In this document: piece by piece, positions 10,144 to 20,125 of the stretch
Layout of the letters: each line of letters opens with the position of its first letter
How positions within the stretch are numbered: the stretch's first letter is position 1
Assembly (NCBI GenBank): GCA_002423615.1
Contig: DIKO01000105.1
Location: 507 to 64,506, forward strand
Direction: 5' to 3'
DNA length: 64,000 nt
From: Desulfobacteraceae bacterium UBA5616
Lineage (GTDB): Bacteria; Desulfobacterota; Desulfobacteria; Desulfobacterales; UBA5616
Made by a program: the position numbers and the translations under genes
Notes under the pieces: model-generated
The model's input: the letters and a program-made list of their open reading frames with translations, nothing else
The model's database searches: none
Told to the model about the DNA's origin: nothing

Positions 10144-10281
10144 AGTCGGCTGCAACCGTCTCTGATCAGCCGGCAGCACCTTCGAAAACCTTGCTGCAAT
10201 TAGACCTCACCCCGTTCCTTCAAAACCGTTTCCTCAAAACCTTCGGCAAATCCATTGAATTATGCGGCACCGAAAACCGTC

Positions 10282-10342
10282 TTGACAGCCGGGTGCGGGC
10301 CCGGATATACTGACACGTAAATTTTATTTATCGTGTCAGTAT
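10282..10342 (+). promoter_or_regulatory. sigma-70-like promoter overlapped by an 11-bp perfect inverted repeat (candidate operator)
   Basis: TTGACA (10282-10287), 18 nt, TATACT (10306-10311). ATACTGACACG (10307-10317) and CGTGTCAGTAT (10332-10342) are exact reverse complements separated by 14 AT-rich nt. Confidence 0.5.
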
Positions 10343-10373
10343 GACATCACTCCCATCGACCAAGGAGACCGTG

Positions 10374-11333
10374 ATGCAGTTTCAAACCGCCGGAGTCGAA
10401 GTCGCTGTCTGGGTCCCTCCCCTGGTGGCGTTCGTTATTTCCTTTTTCACATCCATGGGGGGCGTGTCGGGTGCTTTTCTGATTTTACCCTTTCAGATGT
10501 CATTTCTCGGCTACACCCACCCTTCGGTGAGCGCCACCAACCAGCTCTACAATATCGTCGCCATCCCGAGCGGCGTGTACCGTTATTGGAAAGAAGGCAG
10601 AATGGTGTGGCCCCTCACCTGGATTGTCATAACCGGCACCCTGCCCGGGGTTTTCATCGGCGCTTTTCTCAGGGTCGCTTATCTGCCGGACCCAAAAAAT
10701 TTCAAACTGTTCGCAGCGGCCGTACTCCTTTATATCGGCATCCGGATGGCCGGGGACCTGGTCCGGAAAAAATCCGGCGCCAACGACAAGGTCGCCGGCG
10801 ACAAACGTTTCCAGGAGATGGTGCGGCGGCGACGGGAAAAAATGGACTCCCGGGACCTCGCTAATAACGATTTACCCGCCGTGAAGGTCACTCATTTTAA
10901 TTTAAAGCGTCTGGGGTACACTTTTTACGATGAGCAGTTCGATGTTCCCTTCTGGGGGATCTTTTCCTTGAGTTTTATCGTGGGAATCGTGGGCGGCATC
11001 TACGGCATCGGCGGCGGTGCGATTATCGCCCCCTTCTTTGTGACATTCTTCAGGCTGCCGGTCTATACAGTGGCCGGAGCGGCCCTCATGGGGACCTTTG
11101 TGACATCCATTGCCGGCGTGGCTTTCTTCCAGGCCTTGGCGCCGTTTTATCCGAACATGTCCGTAGCTCCGGACTGGCTGCTGGGCGCTTTGTTCGGTTT
11201 GGGCGGCATGGCCGGAATGTATCTCGGTGCGCGTTGCCAGAAATTCGTACCGGCCAGGGCCATCAAATGGATGCTGGCCGGCATTCTCCTTTTTACGGCA
11301 TTCAAATACATCGCTGAATTTTTGGGGTATTGA
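10374..11333 (+). CDS. TSUP (TauE/SafE) family anion exporter
   Basis: Polytopic protein with duplicated Gly-rich TSUP motifs (MGGVSGAFLILPF, GIGGGAIIAPF). ATG 10374 has an AAGGAG RBS 6 nt upstream. The track start at 10341 is also possible. Confidence 0.75.
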   Translation: MQFQTAGVEVAVWVPPLVAFVISFFTSMGGVSGAFLILPFQMSFLGYTHPSVSATNQLYNIVAIPSGVYRYWKEGRMVWPLTWIVITGTLPGVFIGAFLRVAYLPDPKNFKLFAAAVLLYIGIRMAGDLVRKKSGANDKVAGDKRFQEMVRRRREKMDSRDLANNDLPAVKVTHFNLKRLGYTFYDEQFDVPFWGIFSLSFIVGIVGGIYGIGGGAIIAPFFVTFFRLPVYTVAGAALMGTFVTSIAGVAFFQALAPFYPNMSVAPDWLLGALFGLGGMAGMYLGARCQKFVPARAIKWMLAGILLFTAFKYIAEFLGY

Positions 11334-11363
11334 TGCAGGACAAACCGCCGCCCGATCAGAAAA

Positions 11364-11654
11364 TCAGGATTGTCCGTTCATCATCCAGCCGTTCATCAGC
11401 GTCCATGCACCCACCGCGACAAAGGCGATCCCGGCGCCGATTTTGATATACTGCTCCGGGACCCAGCGGCTTATCAGGTCCCCGAGCAAAACAGCCATGA
11501 GAGTGCATGCAATCAACGCTCCGGCTGACCCGATAAATACCGAGACCTTGGATTTGCTCCCCGCCGCCAGCATGAGAGTGGCCAGTTGGGTTTTATCGCC
11601 GACTTCGGCCAGAAACACCAGACCGAAGGTGGTCAACAGGATCTTCAGATTCAT
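11364..11654 (-). CDS. GDT1/TMEM165 (UPF0016) family half-size membrane protein
   Basis: 96 aa, 3 TM, with the signature E-x-G-D-K-T (LAEVGDKTQLAT). Confidence 0.75.
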   Translation of the reverse strand: MNLKILLTTFGLVFLAEVGDKTQLATLMLAAGSKSKVSVFIGSAGALIACTLMAVLLGDLISRWVPEQYIKIGAGIAFVAVGAWTLMNGWMMNGQS

Positions 11655-11671
11655 TCCGCTTTCCTTCCGCG

Positions 11672-13696
11672 CTACGCCCTTTTGTTAACCATGGCCAGGG
11701 CTTTTTCCGCAATGTTCGCGGCGGTGAAACCGAATTTTTCCAAAACGGTTTTTCCGGGGGCCGAAGCGCCATATCCTTCTATGCCTATTATTGCGCCCTC
11801 TGATCCCACATATTTTTCCCATCCCATGGGGATACCCGCCTCAACCGCCAGGCGGGTTTTCACTTCGGGCAACAGGACCCGGTCCCGGTAGGGTTGAGGC
11901 GTCTTGTCGAACAATTCCCAGCTCGGCATGCTCACCACCCTGGCAGAAACGCCTTTTTCGGCCAGAATATCTTTTGCCCCCAGGCAGACATGAACCTCTG
12001 AACCGGTGGCGATCAGAATGATATCGGGTTTTCCCGGAGCATCCGACAGCACATAGGCCCCTTTGCTCAGGCCGTTTTCCCCATTGCTGTTTTCCAGGAT
12101 GGGCAGTTTCTGCCGGCTCAGGAGCAGAGCCACGGGACCGTTGTTGGTTTTCAGGGCCTGGCGCCAGGCTTGGGCCGTTTCAATGGCGTCGGCCGGGCGA
12201 ATCACCGTGAGATTGGGAATGGCCCTCAATGCCGCCGTATGTTCAACCGGCTGATGGGTGGGCCCGTCTTCTCCCACGGCGATGCTGTCGTGGGTAAACA
12301 CATAAATAACCGGCAGATTCATGATAGCCGCCACCCGGATGGCGGGGCGCATGTAGTCGGAAAAAACCAGGAAGGTCCCGCCATAAGGCCTGATCCCGTT
12401 ATGGAGGAACATTCCGGACATGACGGCCCCCATGGCGTGCTCCCGGACACCGAACCGGATGTTCCTTCCTTCATAGCATCCCTTTTGAAATTCGGCCGTC
12501 CCGTCCAGATAGGTCTTGTTGGAAGGAGCCAGATCCGAGGAACCGCCCATCAGCGTCGGAAGGTTTTTCGCGATGGCATTGAGCACCTTGCCCGAGGCCG
12601 CACGGGTTGCCATGGGTGGATCCCCTGCCTTGAACCGGGGGATTTCAGCATCCCACCCATCGCTCAGGTACCCGCTGAACGCATCGGCCCATTTCCCGGC
12701 CAGGTCCGGCTGGGCCTTGGTGTAGGCGGAAAATTTCGTCTGCCAGTTGTTTTCTGCGGCCGCTCCCTTGTCAATAGCCTTCCGGAATACGGCCAGTGCA
12801 TCCTCGGGAATATAAAACGCCATTTTTTCAGGCCAGCCCAGATTTTTTTTGGTAAGCCGAACCTCTTCCTCACCCAGAGGAGACCCGTGGGCGTCGGCCG
12901 TGCCCTGTTTGTTGGGACTGCCGAAAGCGATCTGCGTTTTTATTTTGATCAGAGAAGGCTTTTTCGTCTCGGCCCGGGCGGATTCGACGGCCTTTGCAAT
13001 GGCCGATACGTCATTCCCATCCCCCACTTCCTGAACATGCCATCCGTAAGCCTCGAACCGCCTGCCCACATCTTCGGTAAATGCGATATCCGTGGAACCT
13101 TCGATGGAAATATCATTGTCGTCATAAAGGCAAATCAATTTTGAAAGACCCAGATGGCCCGCCATGGATGCGGCTTCAGATGCCACTCCCTCCATCATGT
13201 CCCCGTCCCCGCACATCACATACGTGTAATGGTCCACAATGTCATGACCCGGCCAGTTGAAACAGGCGGCAAGATGCCGCTCGGCCATGGCCATGCCGAC
13301 GGCGTTGGCCATACCCTGCCCCAGGGGTCCGGTGGTGGTTTCCACTCCCGGGGTGTGCCCGAATTCGGGATGGCCGGGGGTGTTACTTCCCCACTGGCGA
13401 AAATTTTTCAGGTCCTCGAGGCTCACGGCGTAGCCGGTAAGATGCAACAGACTATAGAGAAGGGCGGATGCATGCCCGCAGGAAAGGATGAAACGATCCC
13501 GGTCCAGCCATGCCGGATTTTTCGGATTGTGATTCAAAAACTTCGTCCACAGAACATAGGCTGCGGGGGCCAGGCCCATAGGAGCGCCGGGGTGCCCCGA
13601 GTTGGCTTTTTCCACGGCATCCATGGATAACGTCCGGATGGTATTGATGCAAAGGGTGTCGATATCGGCCATGCCTTTCGGCAATCCCTCACTCAT
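11672..13696 (-). CDS. tkt: transketolase
   Basis: 674 aa with [27 protein letters not shown] and [17 protein letters not shown] motifs. Confidence 0.95.
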   Translation of the reverse strand: MSEGLPKGMADIDTLCINTIRTLSMDAVEKANSGHPGAPMGLAPAAYVLWTKFLNHNPKNPAWLDRDRFILSCGHASALLYSLLHLTGYAVSLEDLKNFRQWGSNTPGHPEFGHTPGVETTTGPLGQGMANAVGMAMAERHLAACFNWPGHDIVDHYTYVMCGDGDMMEGVASEAASMAGHLGLSKLICLYDDNDISIEGSTDIAFTEDVGRRFEAYGWHVQEVGDGNDVSAIAKAVESARAETKKPSLIKIKTQIAFGSPNKQGTADAHGSPLGEEEVRLTKKNLGWPEKMAFYIPEDALAVFRKAIDKGAAAENNWQTKFSAYTKAQPDLAGKWADAFSGYLSDGWDAEIPRFKAGDPPMATRAASGKVLNAIAKNLPTLMGGSSDLAPSNKTYLDGTAEFQKGCYEGRNIRFGVREHAMGAVMSGMFLHNGIRPYGGTFLVFSDYMRPAIRVAAIMNLPVIYVFTHDSIAVGEDGPTHQPVEHTAALRAIPNLTVIRPADAIETAQAWRQALKTNNGPVALLLSRQKLPILENSNGENGLSKGAYVLSDAPGKPDIILIATGSEVHVCLGAKDILAEKGVSARVVSMPSWELFDKTPQPYRDRVLLPEVKTRLAVEAGIPMGWEKYVGSEGAIIGIEGYGASAPGKTVLEKFGFTAANIAEKALAMVNKRA

Positions 13697-13828
13697 GGTC
13701 TGTCTCTCCTTATTATACGATTTTTTAATTGCTTAGCGGCTTAAATGTCCGGTTTGATACAATCCTTTAACCTTGGAAGCAAGGATTTTTTATGAAAAGC
13801 GGCATGAACTTTTGCTGGATAAACCGGT

Positions 13829-14682
13829 CTAATAAATGACCCCGGTTTCCTTAAGCCGGGCGATGTCCTCCCAGGTGCAGCCGTTTTCCAGGAGAATCTC
13901 CTCGGTATGCTGGCTGAATTCAGGGGCCGGCATCCGGACTTTTTCCGGATAACCGGATAAATGGATGGGGTTGGCCACCCCTTCAATGGTGCCGTGTTCG
14001 GGGTGCTCATAGGAAATAAAAAACCCATTGGCCCGGGCCTGGGGATCGTTGACCACTTCCAGATGGGTCTGGACGGGAGAGTATGGGATGTCCGCCTGAT
14101 TCAACAGATCCTTCCACTCCTCCAGGGTTTTTTCTTTGAAAGCGGCTTTCAGCAGATCGGTCAGGGCGAGCTTGTTTTCCATTATTTTTTCCGCGGTTTC
14201 GAACCTCGGATCGGATATCAGATCCTTACGGCCGATACCGGTAAAAAACCGGGCTGCATACCGTTCCAGATTAAGGACCGAAAACAGGAGCCACCGGTTG
14301 TCCTTTGCCTGATACTGCCCATATAGCGGGTGGGGCACGTCTTTTTCCGGCGATATTGAGACGCAATCCTCGCCGGTGACGATGGAACCGGAAAGGTCGA
14401 AGGCCGGGGTGTTCTTCTCGGGTCCCTCTTTTCCAAAGCCGTTTAAATTCCCGCAAACGAGCCTTTCGTTTATGTTACGGAGCTCTTCATATTCCAGATG
14501 TAATTGATGTTCGACTGAATGCCGGTTTTCATGCCGGCCAGAACCCAGCGGAAAAGATCCCCGGTGATGGTATTCTCCACATGAATTACTTCCGCGCCGA
14601 AATCCGCCAGAATTCTCGCCGTCATGGGGACGGCGGCGACCTGGGACACATCCACGATTTTGATGCCATTCAGAGGCAGCAT
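13829..14682 (-). pseudogene. family III (CaiB/BaiF) CoA-transferase, internally deleted and frameshifted
   Basis: The N-terminal 70 aa (LNGIKIVDVSQVAAVPMTARILADFGAEVIHVE) end at TAA 14470. The remainder (EYEELRNINERLV..NGFGKEGP...DPRF...EEWKDLL...) continues in another frame. The total of about 285 codons is well short of the roughly 400 usual for this family. Confidence 0.6.
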
Positions 14683-14736
14683 GAGATTCCTCCAATATTT
14701 GACGATTTGACCGTCAGAAAAATCCGTGAGTTTTGA

Positions 14737-15471
14737 TCAGTAGGTTTTGACGATTCTGCCGAAGCCCAGTTCCATGTGGGAAACCCGGTAATTGGCCCCC
14801 AATACCTGTTTGACCCGCAACTTGTGCCAGGGATCCAGGGTGGAATCGGCGTGAAACCTGACCCACCCGGGTCCGGAAAACGATTCCACCACCGTGACGT
14901 TTTGAGGGACTTCAATCAGTTCCATGAGGGACGGAGGGGCATCTTTTTCAGGGCTGGGAATTACCCTCAGGCTCAATACGCCGATGCCGGATTCCGCTTC
15001 TTCAACCGGCGTTTCCGGTCTCATCCCCGCAGAACAGATCAGGTTCCCCTTGGGACGCTCCATTTTTCCGACAACCATGTCGAATTCTTTTGAAATCGTG
15101 ACATCGGCGATTTTTTTGGGATACCCCCAGATCTCTCTTCCGGCGGCCTGAGGGATATCATTGTTGACGACGATATGGGGGATGTAGATTTTCAGCTCGC
15201 CGTTAAAGAGGCAGGGGATGCAGAGGATGGTTTCTTCATATTGGCCCAGGGTGCTGAAGGGGTATTTGACGAATATCAGGGCTGCGGTGGCCGGTTCGGG
15301 CAAAATCAGGCCCTCGGGCAGAAGTTTGGCGGCTTCATCAGGATCCGTCTCATAGCTGATGGTGATCGCTTCGGCAAACCGGTAGTGAATGGGGGGCCTG
15401 GCATATAATGGTGCATCCCCCGGCATGTCGTATCCCATGTTCGCTTTGTTCAATTTTCCTGTCAGTGTCAT
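14737..15471 (-). CDS. acetoacetate decarboxylase family protein
   Basis: 244 aa with an ADC-like N-terminus (PLYARPPIHYRFAEAITISYETDPDEAAKLLPEGL). Confidence 0.65.
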   Translation of the reverse strand: MTLTGKLNKANMGYDMPGDAPLYARPPIHYRFAEAITISYETDPDEAAKLLPEGLILPEPATAALIFVKYPFSTLGQYEETILCIPCLFNGELKIYIPHIVVNNDIPQAAGREIWGYPKKIADVTISKEFDMVVGKMERPKGNLICSAGMRPETPVEEAESGIGVLSLRVIPSPEKDAPPSLMELIEVPQNVTVVESFSGPGWVRFHADSTLDPWHKLRVKQVLGANYRVSHMELGFGRIVKTY

Positions 15472-15631
15472 GATAGCCTCCTTGATTTTAATGTTAAAAT
15501 ATCGTGGACGATGAACGGTTCAGGGACATGAGTTTAAGGTTGAGAGCGGAACGATTAAGGGTGTTGAAGGATAAAGATGTCTTGATATTTACCCCGACGA
15601 AAGGGTGGCCGTCAATAAAAAGAAAATGCGG

Positions 15632-16501
15632 TTACAAAGCCCGCATCCACTCCGGCCTTAACCGCACCCGGCCTTCAAGGGCCAGATCGATGAGCCGCAG
15701 GGTTTCTTCCTTTTCCCTGGGAAATTTCGCTTTGATCGGCAGATAATTGGAGGCGTGGTTGGCGGTGAACAAACCACGGGAGAGCTCGGTATGGGCGATC
15801 ATGGTCCTTAATTCGCTGAGCATTTCCAGCGAATTCAGCAAGGGAAACCGCCCGGCTTCATGGTCTTCGAAAAGAGGAGTACCGGGGATGAGCATCAGGC
15901 TTAAGGCCCCCACGAATTCCGGATCAATGGCCGAAATCACCCGGCCGGTTTCCCTGGCGTGGATCTCTGAACGCTCCTTTCCGGCGATCCCCAGCAGCAC
16001 GGTGAGAGAAAGCTTGAAGCCGGCTTCCCGGGCTTTTTTACCCATTTCGATCATGCGCTGGGAATCGGCGCCTTTCCGGACGGCCTTCAAAGTCACATCG
16101 TCCCCGGACTCAAGGCCCATGTAAACGATACCGAGGCCGTATTCCTTAAGCTCCTTCAATTCATCAAGGGATTTCATGGAAAGGGCCTTGGTGTTGGCAT
16201 AGGTCCCGACCCGGGTAACCCAGGGGACCTGTTTTTTAATTTCCTTTAAAATGTTCAAAAGTCTTTTCCGGGGAACAATCAAGGCATCCCTGTCGCAGAG
16301 AAAAACCCTCCGCTGGCGTTTGCAATAAGCGGCGGCGAACTCGATATCCGCCATGACGATCTCATCCGGCTTGATTTTAAAAGGCGCCCTCCCGTTGGCT
16401 CTGCAGAAGGTGCACTTGTTGTGGGAACACCCCACGGTGATCTGCAGCAGTATACTGTCGGCCTCACTGGGGGGCCGGATAATGTCTCCTTCGTAATGCA
16501 T
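15632..16501 (-). CDS. radical SAM protein
   Basis: CSHNKCTFC matches CxxxCxxC, with a TIM-barrel-like remainder. The start ATG 16501 abuts the etfA stop (16504-16506). The track start at 16549 would overlap etfA. Confidence 0.75.
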   Translation of the reverse strand: MHYEGDIIRPPSEADSILLQITVGCSHNKCTFCRANGRAPFKIKPDEIVMADIEFAAAYCKRQRRVFLCDRDALIVPRKRLLNILKEIKKQVPWVTRVGTYANTKALSMKSLDELKELKEYGLGIVYMGLESGDDVTLKAVRKGADSQRMIEMGKKAREAGFKLSLTVLLGIAGKERSEIHARETGRVISAIDPEFVGALSLMLIPGTPLFEDHEAGRFPLLNSLEMLSELRTMIAHTELSRGLFTANHASNYLPIKAKFPREKEETLRLIDLALEGRVRLRPEWMRAL

Positions 16502-16503
16502 GA

Positions 16504-17508
16504 CTAATGCCTGATCCTGTCTTTTAATTCCCGGATAAGGGCCGTGCATAATTGGCCCGCATCCGCAACTATAGCCACATCGGCCATCTTCATCATGGCG
16601 GCGTTGGCGTTTTTGTTCACGGCGATGATAAAATCAGCCTCGCTCAAGGCCGCGGTATGCTGAATGGCGCCGCTGACGCCGAAGGAAAACAGAACTTCCG
16701 GCGCCACTTGTTTTCCGGCCTGGCCCACCAGGGCCTCTTCATCCACCCATTTGGAATAAACCACGGGTCGGGTGGCCCCCACTTCTCCACCAAGGAGTTC
16801 CGCCAGTTCAAACAGTTTTTTATATTTCGCCCTGCTTCCCATGCCCCGGCCCCCGCAGACCACGACCTTGGCATCCTCGAGGCGCTGTCCGGTTTGCTCC
16901 CACCGTTTCGCGCTGATGACCCGGAGTCGGTCCTTGGGCAGATCCCTGGGAAGGGGAACCCGGATGACATCTCCCGCCGCCTGGTTATCGTGGGGGATCT
17001 CCTGAAACGTCCCCGGCCTGACCGTGGACATCTGGGGCCGGTGCACGGGCGTCACGATTTCCGCCAGAAGATTTCCGCCGAAGGACGGGGCCATCTGCAC
17101 CAGAAGACCTTCTTTATTGATGTCCAGGCCGACGCAATCCGCGGTCAGCCCCGTACCCAGCTTTTTCGCAACTTTGGGAGCGAACTCCCGGCCGAAGGTC
17201 GTGGCGCCCACCAGGATGATTTCCGGTTCATGTTTCCTGGCCAGCCGCTCCATGAGGATGCTGTAGGTCTCCATGCTGTAATCCTGCAGGGCCGGATCCT
17301 CGATGACGTAAACTTTACGGGCACCGTGGGCGATGTACTCCCCCACCCATTCGTCGACATTGTTGCCGAACACCACCGCCGCCACCGTTGCCTTTATCTT
17401 TCCGGCAAGTTCATTGGCTCTGGACAATAGTTGCAGGGTGACACGGTTTTCAAAATAATCCCGATAGTCCCCGAAAACCCATATGCTTCTTTCTTTTTTT
17501 CCGGCCAT
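16504..17508 (-). CDS. etfA: electron transfer flavoprotein alpha subunit
   Basis: 334 aa with a C-terminal FAD-binding region (VVCGGRGMG...FGVSGAIQH). Confidence 0.9.
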   Translation of the reverse strand: MAGKKERSIWVFGDYRDYFENRVTLQLLSRANELAGKIKATVAAVVFGNNVDEWVGEYIAHGARKVYVIEDPALQDYSMETYSILMERLARKHEPEIILVGATTFGREFAPKVAKKLGTGLTADCVGLDINKEGLLVQMAPSFGGNLLAEIVTPVHRPQMSTVRPGTFQEIPHDNQAAGDVIRVPLPRDLPKDRLRVISAKRWEQTGQRLEDAKVVVCGGRGMGSRAKYKKLFELAELLGGEVGATRPVVYSKWVDEEALVGQAGKQVAPEVLFSFGVSGAIQHTAALSEADFIIAVNKNANAAMMKMADVAIVADAGQLCTALIRELKDRIRH

Positions 17509-17509
17509 T

Positions 17510-18343
17510 TCAGGTATCTGCTTTTTTAATGTCTTTGCGGATGACGCCCCCGATTTTATCGCCGAACCGGGTAAAAAGCTCCTCGACGATCTTCTTGGGG
17601 GATCCTTTCAGGACCACGTTGTTCTTTTTGGCCGTTGGGGAATATACATCCAGGATCCGGGTCGGCGACGCTTTGGACCCCAGAAGGTTTATGTCCAGGC
17701 CCAGGTCTTTCGCCCCCAGGCTGAGAATCGTTCCCTTGTCGAAGGTATCCTGAATTCCCTCCATGGACACGTACCGGGGGAAATACTCCCTGGTGGAAAT
17801 CGTCACCAGCCCGGGAAGATCCATTTCCAGGGTTTCAAGGAAATTATCCGACAGTCTTTCCAGCCTCAGAATTTTCCCGGAAAGCGTCAGTTGGTGGACA
17901 TTGGCCGCTCCGGGAATTTTCAGTTCTTCAGCCAGTTGCGGACCCACCTGGGCGGTTTCGCTGTCGATGGTCCGGTTGCCGCACATCACCAGGTCAAAAT
18001 CCGGACACACTCCGGCAACGGCCCTGGCAAGCGTAAACGATGTAACGGAAGTATCCGCCCCTGCCATGGCTCTGTCCGTGAGCAGGACCCCCTGATCCGC
18101 CCCCATGGCCATTGCTTCCCGGAGGACTTCTTCCGCCATGGGCGGGCCCATGGTAAATACGACGATCCTGCCGCCATGGCGCTCTTTTAATTGCAGGGCG
18201 GCTTCCAGTGCATGTTTGCAGGCCGGATTGATCATCCCCTCAGCCAGATCCCGTTTAAGGGTTCCGGTTGCGGCGTCCCAGGGCAATTCGGAAACAGCCG
18301 GTACCTGTTTGATGCAGACCACCAGTTTCAATATATCGCTCAT
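17510..18343 (-). CDS. etfB: electron transfer flavoprotein beta subunit
   Basis: 277 aa with an EtfB-like N-terminus (VVCIKQVP) and a 1-nt gap to etfA. Confidence 0.9.
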   Translation of the reverse strand: MSDILKLVVCIKQVPAVSELPWDAATGTLKRDLAEGMINPACKHALEAALQLKERHGGRIVVFTMGPPMAEEVLREAMAMGADQGVLLTDRAMAGADTSVTSFTLARAVAGVCPDFDLVMCGNRTIDSETAQVGPQLAEELKIPGAANVHQLTLSGKILRLERLSDNFLETLEMDLPGLVTISTREYFPRYVSMEGIQDTFDKGTILSLGAKDLGLDINLLGSKASPTRILDVYSPTAKKNNVVLKGSPKKIVEELFTRFGDKIGGVIRKDIKKADT

Positions 18344-19488
18344 GTCAGTTTGCTCAGCACGGCCCGGGATATGACCATCCGCTGCACCTCACTGGTCCCC
18401 TCATAAATTTCAGTTACTTTGGCGTCGCGAAAATACCGCTCCACATCGTATTCCTTGCTGTACCCATACCCGCCGTGAACCTGAACAGCCATGTTGGTCA
18501 CCCGGGTCGCCATCTCGCTGCAATACAGCTTGGCCATGGCGGCTTCTGCGCTGTATGGTCTTCCGGAATCCTTCACGGCGCAGGCCCGGTAGACCAGAAG
18601 TCTGGCTGCATCAATCCAGGTGGCCATATCGGCCAGATAGTTCTGGATGGTCTGAAATGAGGCGATGGGCTTGTTGAACTGCTGCCTTTCCTTGGAATAT
18701 TTCACCGCCGCGTCAAAGGCCCCCTGGGCGATGCCCAGTGCCTGGACCGCGATACCGATCCTTCCTGCATCCAGGGCGGCCAGGCCGATCTTGAGACCGT
18801 CTCCCACTTTTCCCAGCAACTGACTCCGGGGAACCCGGCAGTCCTCCAGAAACAATGACGATACCGGATTGGCCCGCATTCCGCAAAGATCTTCGATTTC
18901 CCCCACGGAGAACCCGGCCTGCCCTTTTTGAATCATAAATACCGATGTACTTTGCCGTGGATGGTTAAAATCAGCCACGGCAAAAATTAGGGCAAGGTCG
19001 CAGATCCCGCCGTTGGTGACAAAAATTTTGGTGCCGTTAATAATATATGAGTCGCCGTCCTTCACCGCATGGGTCTCGACTCCCCCCGCATCCGAACCGG
19101 CATTGGCTTCGGTTAATGAAAAAGCGCCGATATATTCTCCGGAGGCCAGTCTGGGTATGAACCGGTCCTGCTGTTCCCGCGTGCCGAACTTTAAAATGGG
19201 AAAAAGCCCGACGCTGTTGTGCACGGACACACAGAGCCCTACCGCCGCGCAGACCCTTGAAAGCTCTTCAACGGCAATCGCATAGCTGATGCTGTCCATT
19301 GCGGCGCCGCCGTATTTTTTGGGGGCTTGGAGACCGAAATAATTCAGGGGACCCATCTTGTAAAGAACCTCCATGGGAAGACGGGCGTCCCTGTCAATTT
19401 CATGGGCAATGGGCGAGAGTTCGGTTTCGGCGAACAGCCGGACCGTCTTCCGCACCAGTTTATGCTTCATACAGGGATTGAAATTCAA
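18340..19488 (-). CDS. acyl-CoA dehydrogenase (short/medium-chain type)
   Basis: 382 aa with the canonical catalytic-base motif IYEGTSEVQR. It overlaps etfB by 4 nt. Confidence 0.9.
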   Translation of the reverse strand: MNFNPCMKHKLVRKTVRLFAETELSPIAHEIDRDARLPMEVLYKMGPLNYFGLQAPKKYGGAAMDSISYAIAVEELSRVCAAVGLCVSVHNSVGLFPILKFGTREQQDRFIPRLASGEYIGAFSLTEANAGSDAGGVETHAVKDGDSYIINGTKIFVTNGGICDLALIFAVADFNHPRQSTSVFMIQKGQAGFSVGEIEDLCGMRANPVSSLFLEDCRVPRSQLLGKVGDGLKIGLAALDAGRIGIAVQALGIAQGAFDAAVKYSKERQQFNKPIASFQTIQNYLADMATWIDAARLLVYRACAVKDSGRPYSAEAAMAKLYCSEMATRVTNMAVQVHGGYGYSKEYDVERYFRDAKVTEIYEGTSEVQRMVISRAVLSKLT

Positions 19489-19663
19489 TCTGATCTCCGG
19501 ATAAAATCTGGAATACCTTAAGGTTGTTTGGAACCAGGAACAGGTTTTGACTCTGATAACCTACAATGGATGAAAAATCAAGGGGGGATGAAATGGAATA
19601 AAATATCCCTGAAAAAGCGGGCTGCGCAAGAAAGGGGTCAGGGCGCAACCCGCACAAAAGGGA

Positions 19664-20113
19664 TTATTCCTGTTCGAACACCTTGCTGGGGTAGCGGATC
19701 AGTTCCTGTATTTTGGCGTCCCGGATCTTCTTGTCCTGGGTGGATTTTTTTTCAAAGGCCGCGGCCATTTTCTGAAGGAGTTCCTCAAATTTCATGGGTT
19801 TTAACAGATAATCAAAAGCGCCCAGTTTCATGCCTTCGATACTGGTCTCCACGGATGCATGACCGGTCAGGAGAATCACTTCCGTCAAGGGTTGCAGCTT
19901 CTTGATCTCCCGCAGGGTTTCGATGCCGTCCATCCCTCCCGGCATTTTGATGTCCAGGAGCACCACATCGAACAGTTGCTGTTTCAACAGGTCAAGCCCT
20001 TCTTCGCCGGTGGCGGCGCCGAGGGCATCCAGTTTTCTTTTTTTTAACCGGTTGACGATGGTTTCGAGAAAATCCAGTTCGTCATCAATAACCAGCACTC
20101 TGAAATTATTCAT
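19664..20113 (-). CDS. stand-alone response regulator receiver protein
   Basis: 149 aa receiver domain (VLVIDDE, DVVLLDIKMPGGMDG, LLKP). Confidence 0.85.
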   Translation of the reverse strand: MNNFRVLVIDDELDFLETIVNRLKKRKLDALGAATGEEGLDLLKQQLFDVVLLDIKMPGGMDGIETLREIKKLQPLTEVILLTGHASVETSIEGMKLGAFDYLLKPMKFEELLQKMAAAFEKKSTQDKKIRDAKIQELIRYPSKVFEQE

Positions 20114-20125
20114 ATTTAACCTCCA

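Noticed and set aside
12170-13144. 324-aa plus-strand ORF.
   Set aside because: It is antisense to transketolase and its composition is Gly/Arg/Pro-rich shadow-frame type.
14470-14472. Possible recoding (Sec or read-through) to explain the CoA-transferase break, and likewise the DUF748 breaks at 34694 and 34335.
   Set aside because: The stops are TAA, TAA and TAG, not TGA. The downstream coding sequence is in a different frame, so frameshift or deletion is the simpler explanation.
16552-18190. 292-aa and 235-aa plus-strand ORFs.
   Set aside because: They are antisense to etfA and etfB, which are strongly supported.
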